Shown here one piece after another: positions 10,714 through 19,083 of a DNA stretch of 44,480 nucleotides. Positions within the stretch are counted from its first letter, which is position 1. Each line of letters starts with the position of its first letter. A program made the translations under genes and the position numbers. Source of the DNA: Acidimicrobiia bacterium (GTDB lineage Bacteria > Actinomycetota > Acidimicrobiia > Spongiisociales > JAENVV01); NCBI GenBank assembly GCA_041628225.1, contig JBFKPQ010000003.1, positions 1-44,480 on the forward strand. The letters run 5' to 3'. The notes under the pieces are model-generated. The model was not told where the DNA came from and made no database searches. It saw only the letters and a program-made list of their open reading frames with translations.

Positions 10714-11076
10714 TCAGCGTTCTGAGGGATGTCCGTCGAGCGGGTACCGCGTCCGCAACAAGATCGAGATGCCGCCCGGCGACACCTTGGTGCCTGGAGC
10801 TTCCCAGATCTCGACACCGAAGTCGTAGGCGGGCGCCCAGATGAGGCTGATCGAGAGAGGAACATCGCGGGTCAGGTTGCTGCGGATCACGGCCCGGATC
10901 GACTCGGCGATGCCCTCTGGGATCGACGAGATGAACTCGTGTTCGGCGTCGGACACGCCCACCTCTCGCATAGCGTCCGCGAAGGTGTTCCCCTCCACGA
11001 ACAGGTCGGCGTAGTCGCGGTTCGGCTCACCGAACGCCTGATTGAAGCGCACGGCAGCCCTCTGGAAAATCGGCAT
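10714..11076 (-). CDS. hypothetical protein
   Basis: 120-aa ORF with coding-like composition and no motif I recognise. It is divergent from the second cyclase gene. Confidence 0.5.
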   Translation of the reverse strand: MPIFQRAAVRFNQAFGEPNRDYADLFVEGNTFADAMREVGVSDAEHEFISSIPEGIAESIRAVIRSNLTRDVPLSISLIWAPAYDFGVEIWEAPGTKVSPGGISILLRTRYPLDGHPSER

Positions 11077-11143
11077 GTGAGTCTCCCCTCCTACAAGCCA
11101 ACTACCGGACTCAACCTACCAACACCTGGGTAGGCTCGACGGG

Positions 11144-12484
11144 GTGCAGCAAGCATCGGCCACCCTCCAGTCGGTCACCACTCCGGACGGGGTGCGCCTG
11201 TCGTATCTGTCGAAAGGTTCGGGCAGACCATACGTGTTCTCGCGGGCTTGGATCACGAACCTCGACTACTACGACGACGAGCCGCCGCTAGCCGCCTTCT
11301 TCCGGGCGCTTGCGCAACGCTTCAATCTCGTCCAGTTCGACACGCGCGGCAACGGCACCTCTGACCGTTCACCCGACCGTCGCGATTTCGAGTCGCTGGT
11401 CCTCGACCTCGAAACGATCATCGACGAGACGACCGAGGGCCCAATCGTCCTGCACGGATCGGCGTTCGGGGGCCCGGTCGCCATTCGCTACGCGGCCAGT
11501 CATCCGGCGCGGGTCTCCCATCTCATCCTCGACAACACCAGCCCGGGTGGGCCTGAGCTCATCGACCAGGCCCAGCGAGAGGCCTTCCTGGGCATGCTCG
11601 GCATGTTCCGCACCCAGCCGGATGCCGTATTCGCGGCACTCGGTTTCTTGTCCGGACCGAGCACCGACACGGCGACTCGCACCCGCGTCGAACGCGCCAA
11701 AAACTCCATCGACCCGTCGGTGGCGATCGACCTCTACTCGATGGCCTTCGAACTCGACGTCGTCGACCTGTTGGAACGGATCTCCTGCCCGACGCTGATC
11801 GTCCACTCCACGCACAACCCGTCGTTCGTGTTCCGAGGGGCCGAACTGATGGCGGAGCGGATTCCCGACGCGACGCTGGTCCCACTCGAAGGCGTGGCCG
11901 CCAACCTCTGGGACGAGAACACCGTGCTGGCACTGAACGCCATCGGTGAGTTCCTCGACGAAGGCACCTTCGGGAACACGCTGGTCGAAGACGTCGGATC
12001 GGTCGCGACCGCCACGATCATGTTCACCGACATCGTCGGATCGACCCAGTTGACACGCCGGCTGGGGGACGTGGTCTCACGACGCCTGTTCAACGTGCAC
12101 GACATGATCGTCCGGCGCGCCGTCACGGCAAACAGCGGCCGCATCGTCAAGAACACCGGCGACGGCTTCCTCGCCACCTTCGAGATCCCACGCCTGGCCG
12201 TCGCCGCCGCCCGTGAGATCCGCCAGTCCCTCGAGACACACCAGGAGGCGATGCACGGGCCGGCGCTCTCCGTCCGGATCGGCATCCATCGCGGGCAGCT
12301 GCTCGACGAGGGCGACGACGTGTTCGGTTCCGACGTCGCACTGACGCAGCGGGTCATGGACACGTGCTCGTCCAGCGAGATCCTGGTGACTGCGGGCGTA
12401 CACGACGAACTCCGGCTGGGAGGCGAAGGGCGGCGCGTCTCGGTGAAGGGCTTCGACGAAGAGGTGACGGTCTACGCCATCTAG
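11144..12484 (+). CDS. alpha/beta-hydrolase-like domain fused to a class III nucleotidyl cyclase domain (paralog of 1898-3229)
   Basis: 446 aa with a GTG start. The cyclase motifs are ATIMFTDIVGST, VKNTGDGFLATF and VRIGIHRGQL. The N-terminal half has an alpha/beta-hydrolase fold with an atypical elbow, HGSAFGG. Confidence 0.85.
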   Translation: MQQASATLQSVTTPDGVRLSYLSKGSGRPYVFSRAWITNLDYYDDEPPLAAFFRALAQRFNLVQFDTRGNGTSDRSPDRRDFESLVLDLETIIDETTEGPIVLHGSAFGGPVAIRYAASHPARVSHLILDNTSPGGPELIDQAQREAFLGMLGMFRTQPDAVFAALGFLSGPSTDTATRTRVERAKNSIDPSVAIDLYSMAFELDVVDLLERISCPTLIVHSTHNPSFVFRGAELMAERIPDATLVPLEGVAANLWDENTVLALNAIGEFLDEGTFGNTLVEDVGSVATATIMFTDIVGSTQLTRRLGDVVSRRLFNVHDMIVRRAVTANSGRIVKNTGDGFLATFEIPRLAVAAAREIRQSLETHQEAMHGPALSVRIGIHRGQLLDEGDDVFGSDVALTQRVMDTCSSSEILVTAGVHDELRLGGEGRRVSVKGFDEEVTVYAI

Positions 12485-13377
12485 ACGGGCTCGACCATCG
12501 TGCCGATGCCTTCCGGCGTGAAGATCTCCAGCAACAGCGCATGCTGTACCCGGCCATCCAGGATGTGCGCCTGTCGTACCCCGGCTTGGATCGCCGAGAT
12601 GCAGGACCGCAACTTGGGAACCATGCCGGCGGAGGCTCTACCGGACGAGATCATGTCGTGCAGTGCCGCCACCGACACTCGCGCGATGAGGCTGTCTTCG
12701 TCGCCGAGGTCGGCGTAGAGCCCCTCGACGTCCGTGAGATACACCAGCTTGGCCGCACCCAACGCTTCCGCGAGCGCACCTGCTGCCGTGTCGGCGTTGA
12801 GGTTGTAGACGTGACCGTCGTCGCCACGGGCCAAAGGCGCCACCACCGGCACGATCCCGCGGTCCAGCATGCCCTGGACGAGCAACGGGTCGACCCGCTC
12901 GATCTCGCCGACGAAACCCAGACGCTCGTCCTTCACCGTCGCTGTGAACAAGCCGCCGTCGATGCCCGTGACGCCGGCCGCCACGGCACCATGGCCGGAC
13001 AGCAGCCGGACGATGTCGGGGTTGACCTCGCCGGCGAGGACCGTCTGCACGACCCGGATGGTGGTGGCGTCGGTGACGCGCAGACCTTCGACCCATTGCG
13101 GCTCGACACCCGCTTGGCCCATGGCCCGTGAGATCTGCGGACCGCCTCCGTGCACGATCACCGGTTTGATGCCGACGAGGCTGAGGAGCGTGACGTCACC
13201 GGCGAAGGTGTCGCGTAGGGCTTCGTCGGTCATGGCCGAACCGCCGTATTTGATGACGACGGTCTTGCCCTTGAACTGCTGGATGTACGGCATCGCCTCG
13301 GTGAGGATGCGCGCTTTGCCCATCGTGGCGGCGATGCGCCCCTTGACGGCGTTGGGTGCGGTGTGTCCGGTGCTCAT
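12481..13377 (-). CDS. argB: acetylglutamate kinase
   Basis: It has the motif VIKYGGSAM. I place the start at the internal ATG at 13377 (MSTGHT...), which overlaps the argJ stop (ATGA). The longer tracked ORF (to 13545) would run into argJ. Confidence 0.92.
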   Translation of the reverse strand: MSTGHTAPNAVKGRIAATMGKARILTEAMPYIQQFKGKTVVIKYGGSAMTDEALRDTFAGDVTLLSLVGIKPVIVHGGGPQISRAMGQAGVEPQWVEGLRVTDATTIRVVQTVLAGEVNPDIVRLLSGHGAVAAGVTGIDGGLFTATVKDERLGFVGEIERVDPLLVQGMLDRGIVPVVAPLARGDDGHVYNLNADTAAGALAEALGAAKLVYLTDVEGLYADLGDEDSLIARVSVAALHDMISSGRASAGMVPKLRSCISAIQAGVRQAHILDGRVQHALLLEIFTPEGIGTMVEPV

Positions 13378-14504
13378 GACGGTTCGGCGTTGAAGGTGAC
13401 GTACTCGGGGCTGAGGTCGCACGTCAGGATACGCGCCGTCCCTGTGCCTTCGCCTACAACGACCTGCACCGTGAAGTCCCCACCGAGCGATGCTCGAAGA
13501 GCAGGCCGGTCGTAAGGAACCTGGCCGCCGCGCCGAGCGATCCACGTGCCGTCATACGCCACCGCGAAGTCGGCGGGGTCGAGGTCGATGCCGGCGACGC
13601 CCACCGCCTGGAAGATGCGACCCCAGTTGGGGTCGCCGCGGTGGAAGGACGACCGCACGAGATCGGAGTCGGTGATATGGCGACCGAGGGCCAGGGCCGC
13701 GGCATCGTCGGAAGCTCCTCGGACCTCGACCGTCACCAGACGTGTGGCGCCCTCGGCGTCGCGAACGATGGCCTCGGCCAGTTCCGCCGCCACCGGCTCG
13801 AGGAGAGCCTCGAGGTCGGCGACCTCGACACCCGAAGTGCCCGTCGCCAGCACGGCGACGGTGTCGTTGGTCGACTGGCATCCGTCGACATTGATGGAGT
13901 TGAACGTCCGATCGACCACGGCCGACAGCGCGCGCCGCAGCGTCGCGGCATCGGCGACCGCGTCCGTCACGAGGAAGGCGAGCATGGTCGCCATGTCTGG
14001 CCGGACCATGCCGGCCCCCTTGGCGATGCCATGGACCGTCGTCCCATCGGCGGTGCGGACGGCGAGCTTGGGCTGCGTGTCCGTGGTCATGATCGCTTCG
14101 GCTGCGCGCTCCCATGCGTCCGGTAGCGCGGCTGCAACAGCAGCTCCGATGGCCGGTTCGACCGACGCCATCGGCAGTGGTGGGCCGATCGGGCCGGTCG
14201 AACAGACGAGCACCTGGTCAGGGCGGCAACCCACGGCTGCCGCCGTCGCATGGGCCATCGACTCGGCATCCTCCATGCCCTGGGCGCCCGTACCCGCGTT
14301 GGCGCAACCGGAATTGACCACGATGGCCTGAATCTCGCCACGAGCCGCGTGACGGCGGCTCAGCTGCACGGGCGGTGCCGCCGTGAGGGACGTGGTGAAT
14401 ACGGCTGCCGCAGGAACCGGCTCGCCGGCGACGATCACCGCCAGGTCCGGAGCGCCGTTTGACTTGATACCGGCCGGAATCCCGGCCACCCGGACGCCGG
14501 TCAC
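13374..14504 (-). CDS. argJ: bifunctional glutamate N-acetyltransferase / amino-acid acetyltransferase
   Basis: The autoprocessing-site context PDMATMLAFLVTDA is present. I place the start at GTG 14504, which overlaps the argC stop (GTGA). The upstream part of the tracked ORF is Arg/Gly-rich junk lying inside argC. Confidence 0.92.
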   Translation of the reverse strand: MTGVRVAGIPAGIKSNGAPDLAVIVAGEPVPAAAVFTTSLTAAPPVQLSRRHAARGEIQAIVVNSGCANAGTGAQGMEDAESMAHATAAAVGCRPDQVLVCSTGPIGPPLPMASVEPAIGAAVAAALPDAWERAAEAIMTTDTQPKLAVRTADGTTVHGIAKGAGMVRPDMATMLAFLVTDAVADAATLRRALSAVVDRTFNSINVDGCQSTNDTVAVLATGTSGVEVADLEALLEPVAAELAEAIVRDAEGATRLVTVEVRGASDDAAALALGRHITDSDLVRSSFHRGDPNWGRIFQAVGVAGIDLDPADFAVAYDGTWIARRGGQVPYDRPALRASLGGDFTVQVVVGEGTGTARILTCDLSPEYVTFNAEPS

Positions 14505-15526
14505 GGCATCCAACCGGCGAGCGGCAACCCGGCCGTCTCGTCGAGGCCGACCATGAGATTGGCGGCCTGCACCGCTTGACCGGCGGCCCCCTTCACCAGG
14601 TTGTCTATGGCTGCCATCACGATGGCCTGCCCGGTCCGGATGTCGAGCACCGCATGCAGCAGGACGCGGTTCGAACCCACCACCCACCGGGTCTGCGGGG
14701 GCATGTCGATGACATCGACGCACGGGTGTGGCTCGGCAAACGCGACGAGCACCCCTGAGAGGTCGGCTTCCGTCACACCGTCTGCGGCCGGAGCCGTGAC
14801 CGTGGCGAGGATCCCGCGCTGCATGGGAACGAGGTGCGGAGTGAACGTCACACGCGTGTCGGCACGTGAGGCGAAGGCGTCGAGACCCATCTCGATCTCG
14901 GGTCGATGCCGATGCTTCGCGACCCCATAGGCGCGGACACCTTCGTCGACCGAGCCGTACAGGAGGTCGTCACGCAGTGACCGGCCGGCGCCTGAAACCC
15001 CGGATACTGCATTGATCGTGATGCCGTCGGCCATGATCGCGTCGGCAGCGAGGAGGGGCGCGGTAGCCAGCAGCGAAGCCGTGGGGTAGCAGCCGGGCGC
15101 CGCGACGGCACGGGCGCCGGCGAGCTGATCGCCGAACAGTTCGGGTAGGCCATACACCCAGTTCGGCAAGTCGTCCGGCAAGGGATGCGCGGTGCCGTAG
15201 GCCGACTCGTAGCGCTCGGGGGTGTCCATCCGGAAGTCGGAACCGAGATCGACGACGCTCCTTCCGTCTGCCAGCAGCTTGGCGCCAAGCTCGGCCGACG
15301 CTCCGTGCGGCAGCGCCAAAAAGACGAGGTCCGCGTCACCTAGATCGGTGTCGAGGGGCACGAGGTTGCGATCTCCCCCACCCAGATGCGGATGCACGTC
15401 AGCGAGCCGCTTGCCGGCCTGACTGTGCGCGCCGAGGGCAGCCACCTCGAAATGCCGATGCGCATCGAGCAGCTTGACGAGTTCCCCCCCGGCATACCCG
15501 GAGGCACCGAGCACGGCCACCTTCAT
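14501..15526 (-). CDS. argC: N-acetyl-gamma-glutamyl-phosphate reductase
   Basis: The N-terminus is MKVAVLGASGYAGGEL and the active-site Cys sits in the context APGCYPT. I place the start at ATG 15526. Confidence 0.92.
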   Translation of the reverse strand: MKVAVLGASGYAGGELVKLLDAHRHFEVAALGAHSQAGKRLADVHPHLGGGDRNLVPLDTDLGDADLVFLALPHGASAELGAKLLADGRSVVDLGSDFRMDTPERYESAYGTAHPLPDDLPNWVYGLPELFGDQLAGARAVAAPGCYPTASLLATAPLLAADAIMADGITINAVSGVSGAGRSLRDDLLYGSVDEGVRAYGVAKHRHRPEIEMGLDAFASRADTRVTFTPHLVPMQRGILATVTAPAADGVTEADLSGVLVAFAEPHPCVDVIDMPPQTRWVVGSNRVLLHAVLDIRTGQAIVMAAIDNLVKGAAGQAVQAANLMVGLDETAGLPLAGWMP

Positions 15527-15527
15527 G

Positions 15528-15561
15528 AGCCAGATTATACGCATATGCGTATGAAAATGCG
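15528..15561 (-). promoter_or_regulatory. candidate argC promoter (TATAAT) with overlapping ARG-box-like palindromes; probable leaderless start
   Basis: There is a perfect 16-bp palindrome ATACGCATATGCGTAT (15537-15552) plus CGTATGAAAATGCG (15548-15561). On the minus strand a TATAAT (15539-15534) lies 7 nt before the argC ATG, with no Shine-Dalgarno sequence. The 9-mer GATTATACG is shared with the argR site. Confidence 0.5.
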
Positions 15562-15607
15562 AGATGAGCATGATGGCGCCGCACGGCGCACGTGGAAGCG
15601 AGCCAGA

Positions 15608-16096
15608 TCACGTGGAAGCGATGTAGATCCGCTCGCCGTCCTCGTCCACCCTGCCGCTGTCGACGAGACCGAGTTTCGTGGCGACGGCGATCGACGCGGC
15701 GTTGTCGGGGTGAATGTGAGCCGCGTGAGGACCTGCGTCGCGCTCGTCCAACCACCGACACAGCGCTGTCATGGCTTCGGTGGCGAACCCACGGTTCTGC
15801 CACGTCGGTCCGATGACCCAGGCGAGGTCGACCCCGGTCTGCTCGACGGTGGCCTGGACGAGCCCGATCGTCGCGGATTCGAGACGGACCGTCCAGCTCA
15901 GCCAAACCTCGTCGGGGGTCGGCGATCCGGCCGGCATACGCTCGAACCGTCTCCGCAGCACATCGTTCCTCATGGCGCCGCCGATGTACCGGCCGACCGA
16001 CGGATCGGAGAAGATCGCCACCAGGTCGTCTGCGTCGTCGGCACGCAGCGGCCGAAGCTGCAATCGGTCAGCGTCGATCGGCTCGATGGAGATCAC
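15608..16096 (-). CDS. GNAT family N-acetyltransferase (RimJ/RimL-like)
   Basis: I place the start at GTG 16096 (VISIEPIDADRLQLRPL...), which overlaps the stop of the M1 peptidase gene (GTGA). The acetyl-CoA region is WQNRGFATEA. The rest of the 330-aa tracked ORF lies inside the peptidase gene. Confidence 0.8.
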   Translation of the reverse strand: MISIEPIDADRLQLRPLRADDADDLVAIFSDPSVGRYIGGAMRNDVLRRRFERMPAGSPTPDEVWLSWTVRLESATIGLVQATVEQTGVDLAWVIGPTWQNRGFATEAMTALCRWLDERDAGPHAAHIHPDNAASIAVATKLGLVDSGRVDEDGERIYIAST

Positions 16097-17628
16097 GGGT
16101 CGGTCAGCGGATGCAGATCGAGCGATGGTATCGACGGGATCGAGTCGGCGAAGAGCCAGCCCTCGAAGAACTCTCCGAGCTCGCGGCCGGCGGATTCCTC
16201 CGCCACCGCGATGAAGTCGTCGGTAGTGGCATTCCCGTACCGGTAGGTGTCGTGGTAGTCGCGAAGTGTCGCGAAGAAGGCCTCGTCCCCGACCTCGATC
16301 CGAAGGGCATGCAGAGTCAGGCCACCTCGCAGGTACACGGACGCATTGAACAGATCGTCGACCGGCGGTCGACCAGGCGCGGGAAACTGACTCGCCGCAA
16401 GATCGGCAGCAGCCGCACGCTCGATCCCCTGGCCCAAGAAAACCTGTCCGCTCATCAGTTCGTACGCCTGCACGATCCGCACATTCCGTGCCGCCTCGCC
16501 GCGCGAGTGCTCGAGCCACAACCATTGCGCGTACGTGGCGAACCCTTCGTTCAACCAGATGTCGCGCCACTGCGCCACACTCACCGAGTTGCCGTACCAC
16601 TGGTGCGCCAGCTCGTGCACGACGACGTCCTCGCCGAGTGGCAACGACTGCTCACCGAACGTCGACAGCGTTTGAGTCTCCAAGGCGGCGCCGAGATCCT
16701 GGGTGTCGAGCACCAACGCCCCGTACACCTCGAAGGGATAGGGTCCGAACAGCTCTTCGAGGAACGCCATCATTTCGGGCTGCCGAGCGAAGAGGTCCTT
16801 CGTCGTGCTCGGCAGATCCTCGTCGTAGTAGTTCCGGATGGGGATGCCATCCGTCTCGACGTCCTCCCGTTCCAGGTCGCCCACCGCGAATGCCAGGAGG
16901 TACGAGGCCAGCGGGTCGGCCGCCTCCCACGTGTAGGTCAGGAACCCCGTTTCCTCCGACCTGGTGTCGACAAGCCGACCCGAAGCTGCCACGACGAACG
17001 GAGACGGGACCGAGGCGACGACTGTATACGTCGCCTTGTCGAGGGGATGGTCGTTGGCCGGAAACCACGACGAGGCTCCCTCCGGTTCGCTCAGCCCGAA
17101 CCACGAGTCCGTCGCTCGCAAGAACCCGGTCGGAAACGGTGCCGCCACCGAGTCGAACGGAACCGGTGTCCCGGAATACGCGATCTCCATCACGAACGCG
17201 CGTCCCGCCCGGATCGGATCCTCCGGTGTGACCCGCACCTCTCCCCCGGTCTGTTCGAATGCCGCCACAGAGCCGTCGACGAGCACCTCGGACGGAAACA
17301 TCGTGACGAGGTCCACCGACCACGACTCGAGGTTCTCGGTGGCGGTCGCATCGAACGTGGCACGACCCTCGATGCGCGGCAGGAACGGATCGATGGTCAG
17401 CTCGAGCGTGACATGCTCGACGTCGTAACCGGCGTTGCCGAGGCCGGGGTAGTACTCGTCGCCCAATCCGGCAGCCGCCTCGATGCCCTGGAGGACTGCG
17501 GTCGTTTCCGGAACGAGATCCACCGTCGTGGCCGGAGCAGCCGACTCGGGGTCCGTCGAGTCGACCGCCGCTGGAGTACAGGCGCCCAACACCAGGAGGA
17601 TCGCAACGGCATTACGGAATCTCGACAC
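16093..17628 (-). CDS. M1 family metallopeptidase (aminopeptidase N-like), probable lipoprotein
   Basis: It has the motif HELAHQWYGN plus LNEGFATY (the third zinc ligand) and GALETQ, a variant of the GAMEN exopeptidase motif. A GTG at 17628 gives VSRFRNAVAILLVLGAC, a signal peptide with a lipobox. The tracked start at 17661 would add an atypically long N-region. Confidence 0.85.
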   Translation of the reverse strand: MSRFRNAVAILLVLGACTPAAVDSTDPESAAPATTVDLVPETTAVLQGIEAAAGLGDEYYPGLGNAGYDVEHVTLELTIDPFLPRIEGRATFDATATENLESWSVDLVTMFPSEVLVDGSVAAFEQTGGEVRVTPEDPIRAGRAFVMEIAYSGTPVPFDSVAAPFPTGFLRATDSWFGLSEPEGASSWFPANDHPLDKATYTVVASVPSPFVVAASGRLVDTRSEETGFLTYTWEAADPLASYLLAFAVGDLEREDVETDGIPIRNYYDEDLPSTTKDLFARQPEMMAFLEELFGPYPFEVYGALVLDTQDLGAALETQTLSTFGEQSLPLGEDVVVHELAHQWYGNSVSVAQWRDIWLNEGFATYAQWLWLEHSRGEAARNVRIVQAYELMSGQVFLGQGIERAAAADLAASQFPAPGRPPVDDLFNASVYLRGGLTLHALRIEVGDEAFFATLRDYHDTYRYGNATTDDFIAVAEESAGRELGEFFEGWLFADSIPSIPSLDLHPLTDP

Positions 17629-18997
17629 CGTGCTCCTTGGCCCACTCGGACACCATCTCAAACGCCTGCTCCGTCGAATACGGGCCGTCCTCGATGCGGC
17701 GTTCCAGCAGCATCTTCATGATGGTGCCGACCATCGGCCCCGGCGCCAGGCCCAAGAACTCCATGACCTGGTTGCCATCGATGGGGGGCCGCAGGGCCGC
17801 CAGCTCCTCTTTCGCCGACAGTTCCTCGATCCGTTTCTCGAGCTCGTCGATGCGTCGCTGGATGGCATCGGCCCGTTTCTGGTTGGCGGTCGTGACATCG
17901 GCGCGGACGAGGAGGTTCAAGTCCTCGAGCAGCGGACCGGCATCGCGCACGTACCGCCGGACCGCCGAGTCGGTCCAACCCATCTTGAACGTGTGCGGTC
18001 GCAGATGGAGGAACACCAGCTTGGCCACTTCGTCGGTGAGTTGTTTGGGGTATCGCAGCTCGCGCATGCGGGCACGCGCCAAGCGCGCGCCCACCACTTC
18101 ATGGTGATGGAACGTAACGCCACCGCGCACGAACTCGCGGGTTGCGGGTTTGCCGATGTCGTGGAGCAACGCGGCCAACCGAAGTCGCTCGGTCGCCGGG
18201 GTCTTCTCGAGCACCGCCAGAGTGTGCTCCCACACGTCCTTGTGGCGTTGCAGCGGATCCTGCTGTTCGGAGAGGTCGCGCAGCTCGGGCAAGAAATGGT
18301 CGGCGAGGCCCGTGCGCACGACGCCTCGCAAGCCCCGGGCCGGGTGATCGGCCACGACGAGCTTCGTGAGTTCGTCGCGGATCCGCTCGGCCGAGACGAT
18401 CTCGAGGCGCGCAGCCATCTCGGCGACCGCCTCCTCGGCGGCCGGGTCGGGTTCGAAGTCGAGCGTGGCCACGAACCGATAGAGGCGCAGCATGCGCAGC
18501 GGGTCGTCGCCGAACGACACGTGTGGGTCGAGCGGAGTGCGCAGCTCGCGGCGCGCCAGATCGACCAGCCCGTCGAACGGGTCGATCATCTCGGCGTCCG
18601 GTAGGCGCAACGCCATCGCGTTGATGGTGAAGTCCCGCCGCGACAGGTCCGTCGTGATGTCGTCGCTGAAGGAGACACGCGGCTTGCGGCTGTCGTCCCG
18701 ATAGATCTCCTCGCGAAACGTCGTGATCTCGTGGATCTGGTCGCCGATGCGCACACCGATCGTGCCGAACTTCTCGCCAATCGTGTAGACGGGACCCACC
18801 GACTCGACGATCGATTTGATCTCGTCCGGTCGCGCGTCGGTAGCGAAGTCCACGTCGCTGTGTTGCCGTCCGAGCAGGGCGTCGCGCACCGTGCCACCGA
18901 CCACGAACAGCGACCGGCCCGCCTCGGCGAAGAGGCGGCCCAGACGGGTGGCCGGGGCGTCGGCCGCGACGAGCCAGGCGAGTCGCTCGGGAACCAT
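17612..18997 (-). CDS. pcnA: CCA-adding tRNA nucleotidyltransferase / poly(A) polymerase family protein with HD domain
   Basis: It has GGTVRDALLG, the HD motif LLHDIGKP, and the position conserved in actinobacterial ori regions. Confidence 0.88.
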   Translation of the reverse strand: MVPERLAWLVAADAPATRLGRLFAEAGRSLFVVGGTVRDALLGRQHSDVDFATDARPDEIKSIVESVGPVYTIGEKFGTIGVRIGDQIHEITTFREEIYRDDSRKPRVSFSDDITTDLSRRDFTINAMALRLPDAEMIDPFDGLVDLARRELRTPLDPHVSFGDDPLRMLRLYRFVATLDFEPDPAAEEAVAEMAARLEIVSAERIRDELTKLVVADHPARGLRGVVRTGLADHFLPELRDLSEQQDPLQRHKDVWEHTLAVLEKTPATERLRLAALLHDIGKPATREFVRGGVTFHHHEVVGARLARARMRELRYPKQLTDEVAKLVFLHLRPHTFKMGWTDSAVRRYVRDAGPLLEDLNLLVRADVTTANQKRADAIQRRIDELEKRIEELSAKEELAALRPPIDGNQVMEFLGLAPGPMVGTIMKMLLERRIEDGPYSTEQAFEMVSEWAKEHGVEIP

Positions 18998-19018
18998 GGG
19001 GAGCAGGATACAAAGAGT

Positions 19019-19045
19019 GAGGGAGCCACCTGCGGTGACTCCCTC
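19019..19045 (-). terminator. possible terminator hairpin after pilT
   Basis: The stem is GAGGGAG..CACC-TGC-GGTG..CTCCCTC. On the minus strand it is followed by ACTCTTTG, a weak T-tract. Confidence 0.3.
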
Positions 19046-19083
19046 TACGGTCCCTTACTCCACCCCGTCATTCGGGGGGCTCC

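Noticed and set aside
12481-14723. N-terminal extensions of tracked ORFs. These are argB to 13545, argJ to 14723, argC to 15571, the GNAT gene to 16600, pilT to 20394, the pseudokinase from 21919, the sigma gene from 23052, trxB from 25022, dnaN from 33913, dciA from 35765, the DUF3566 gene from 41026, and 41652-42809.
   Set aside because: In each case the extension overlaps the upstream gene or oriC and translates to low-complexity sequence. An internal ATG, GTG or TTG with an ATGA/GTGA-type coupling or an SD-like sequence gives a protein of the normal family length.
15589-15621. The TTCCACGTG direct repeats acting as additional parS sites.
   Set aside because: Only a half-site is present and the repeats are direct rather than palindromic. 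ParB needs the full inverted repeat. I kept this only as a low-interest regulatory candidate.
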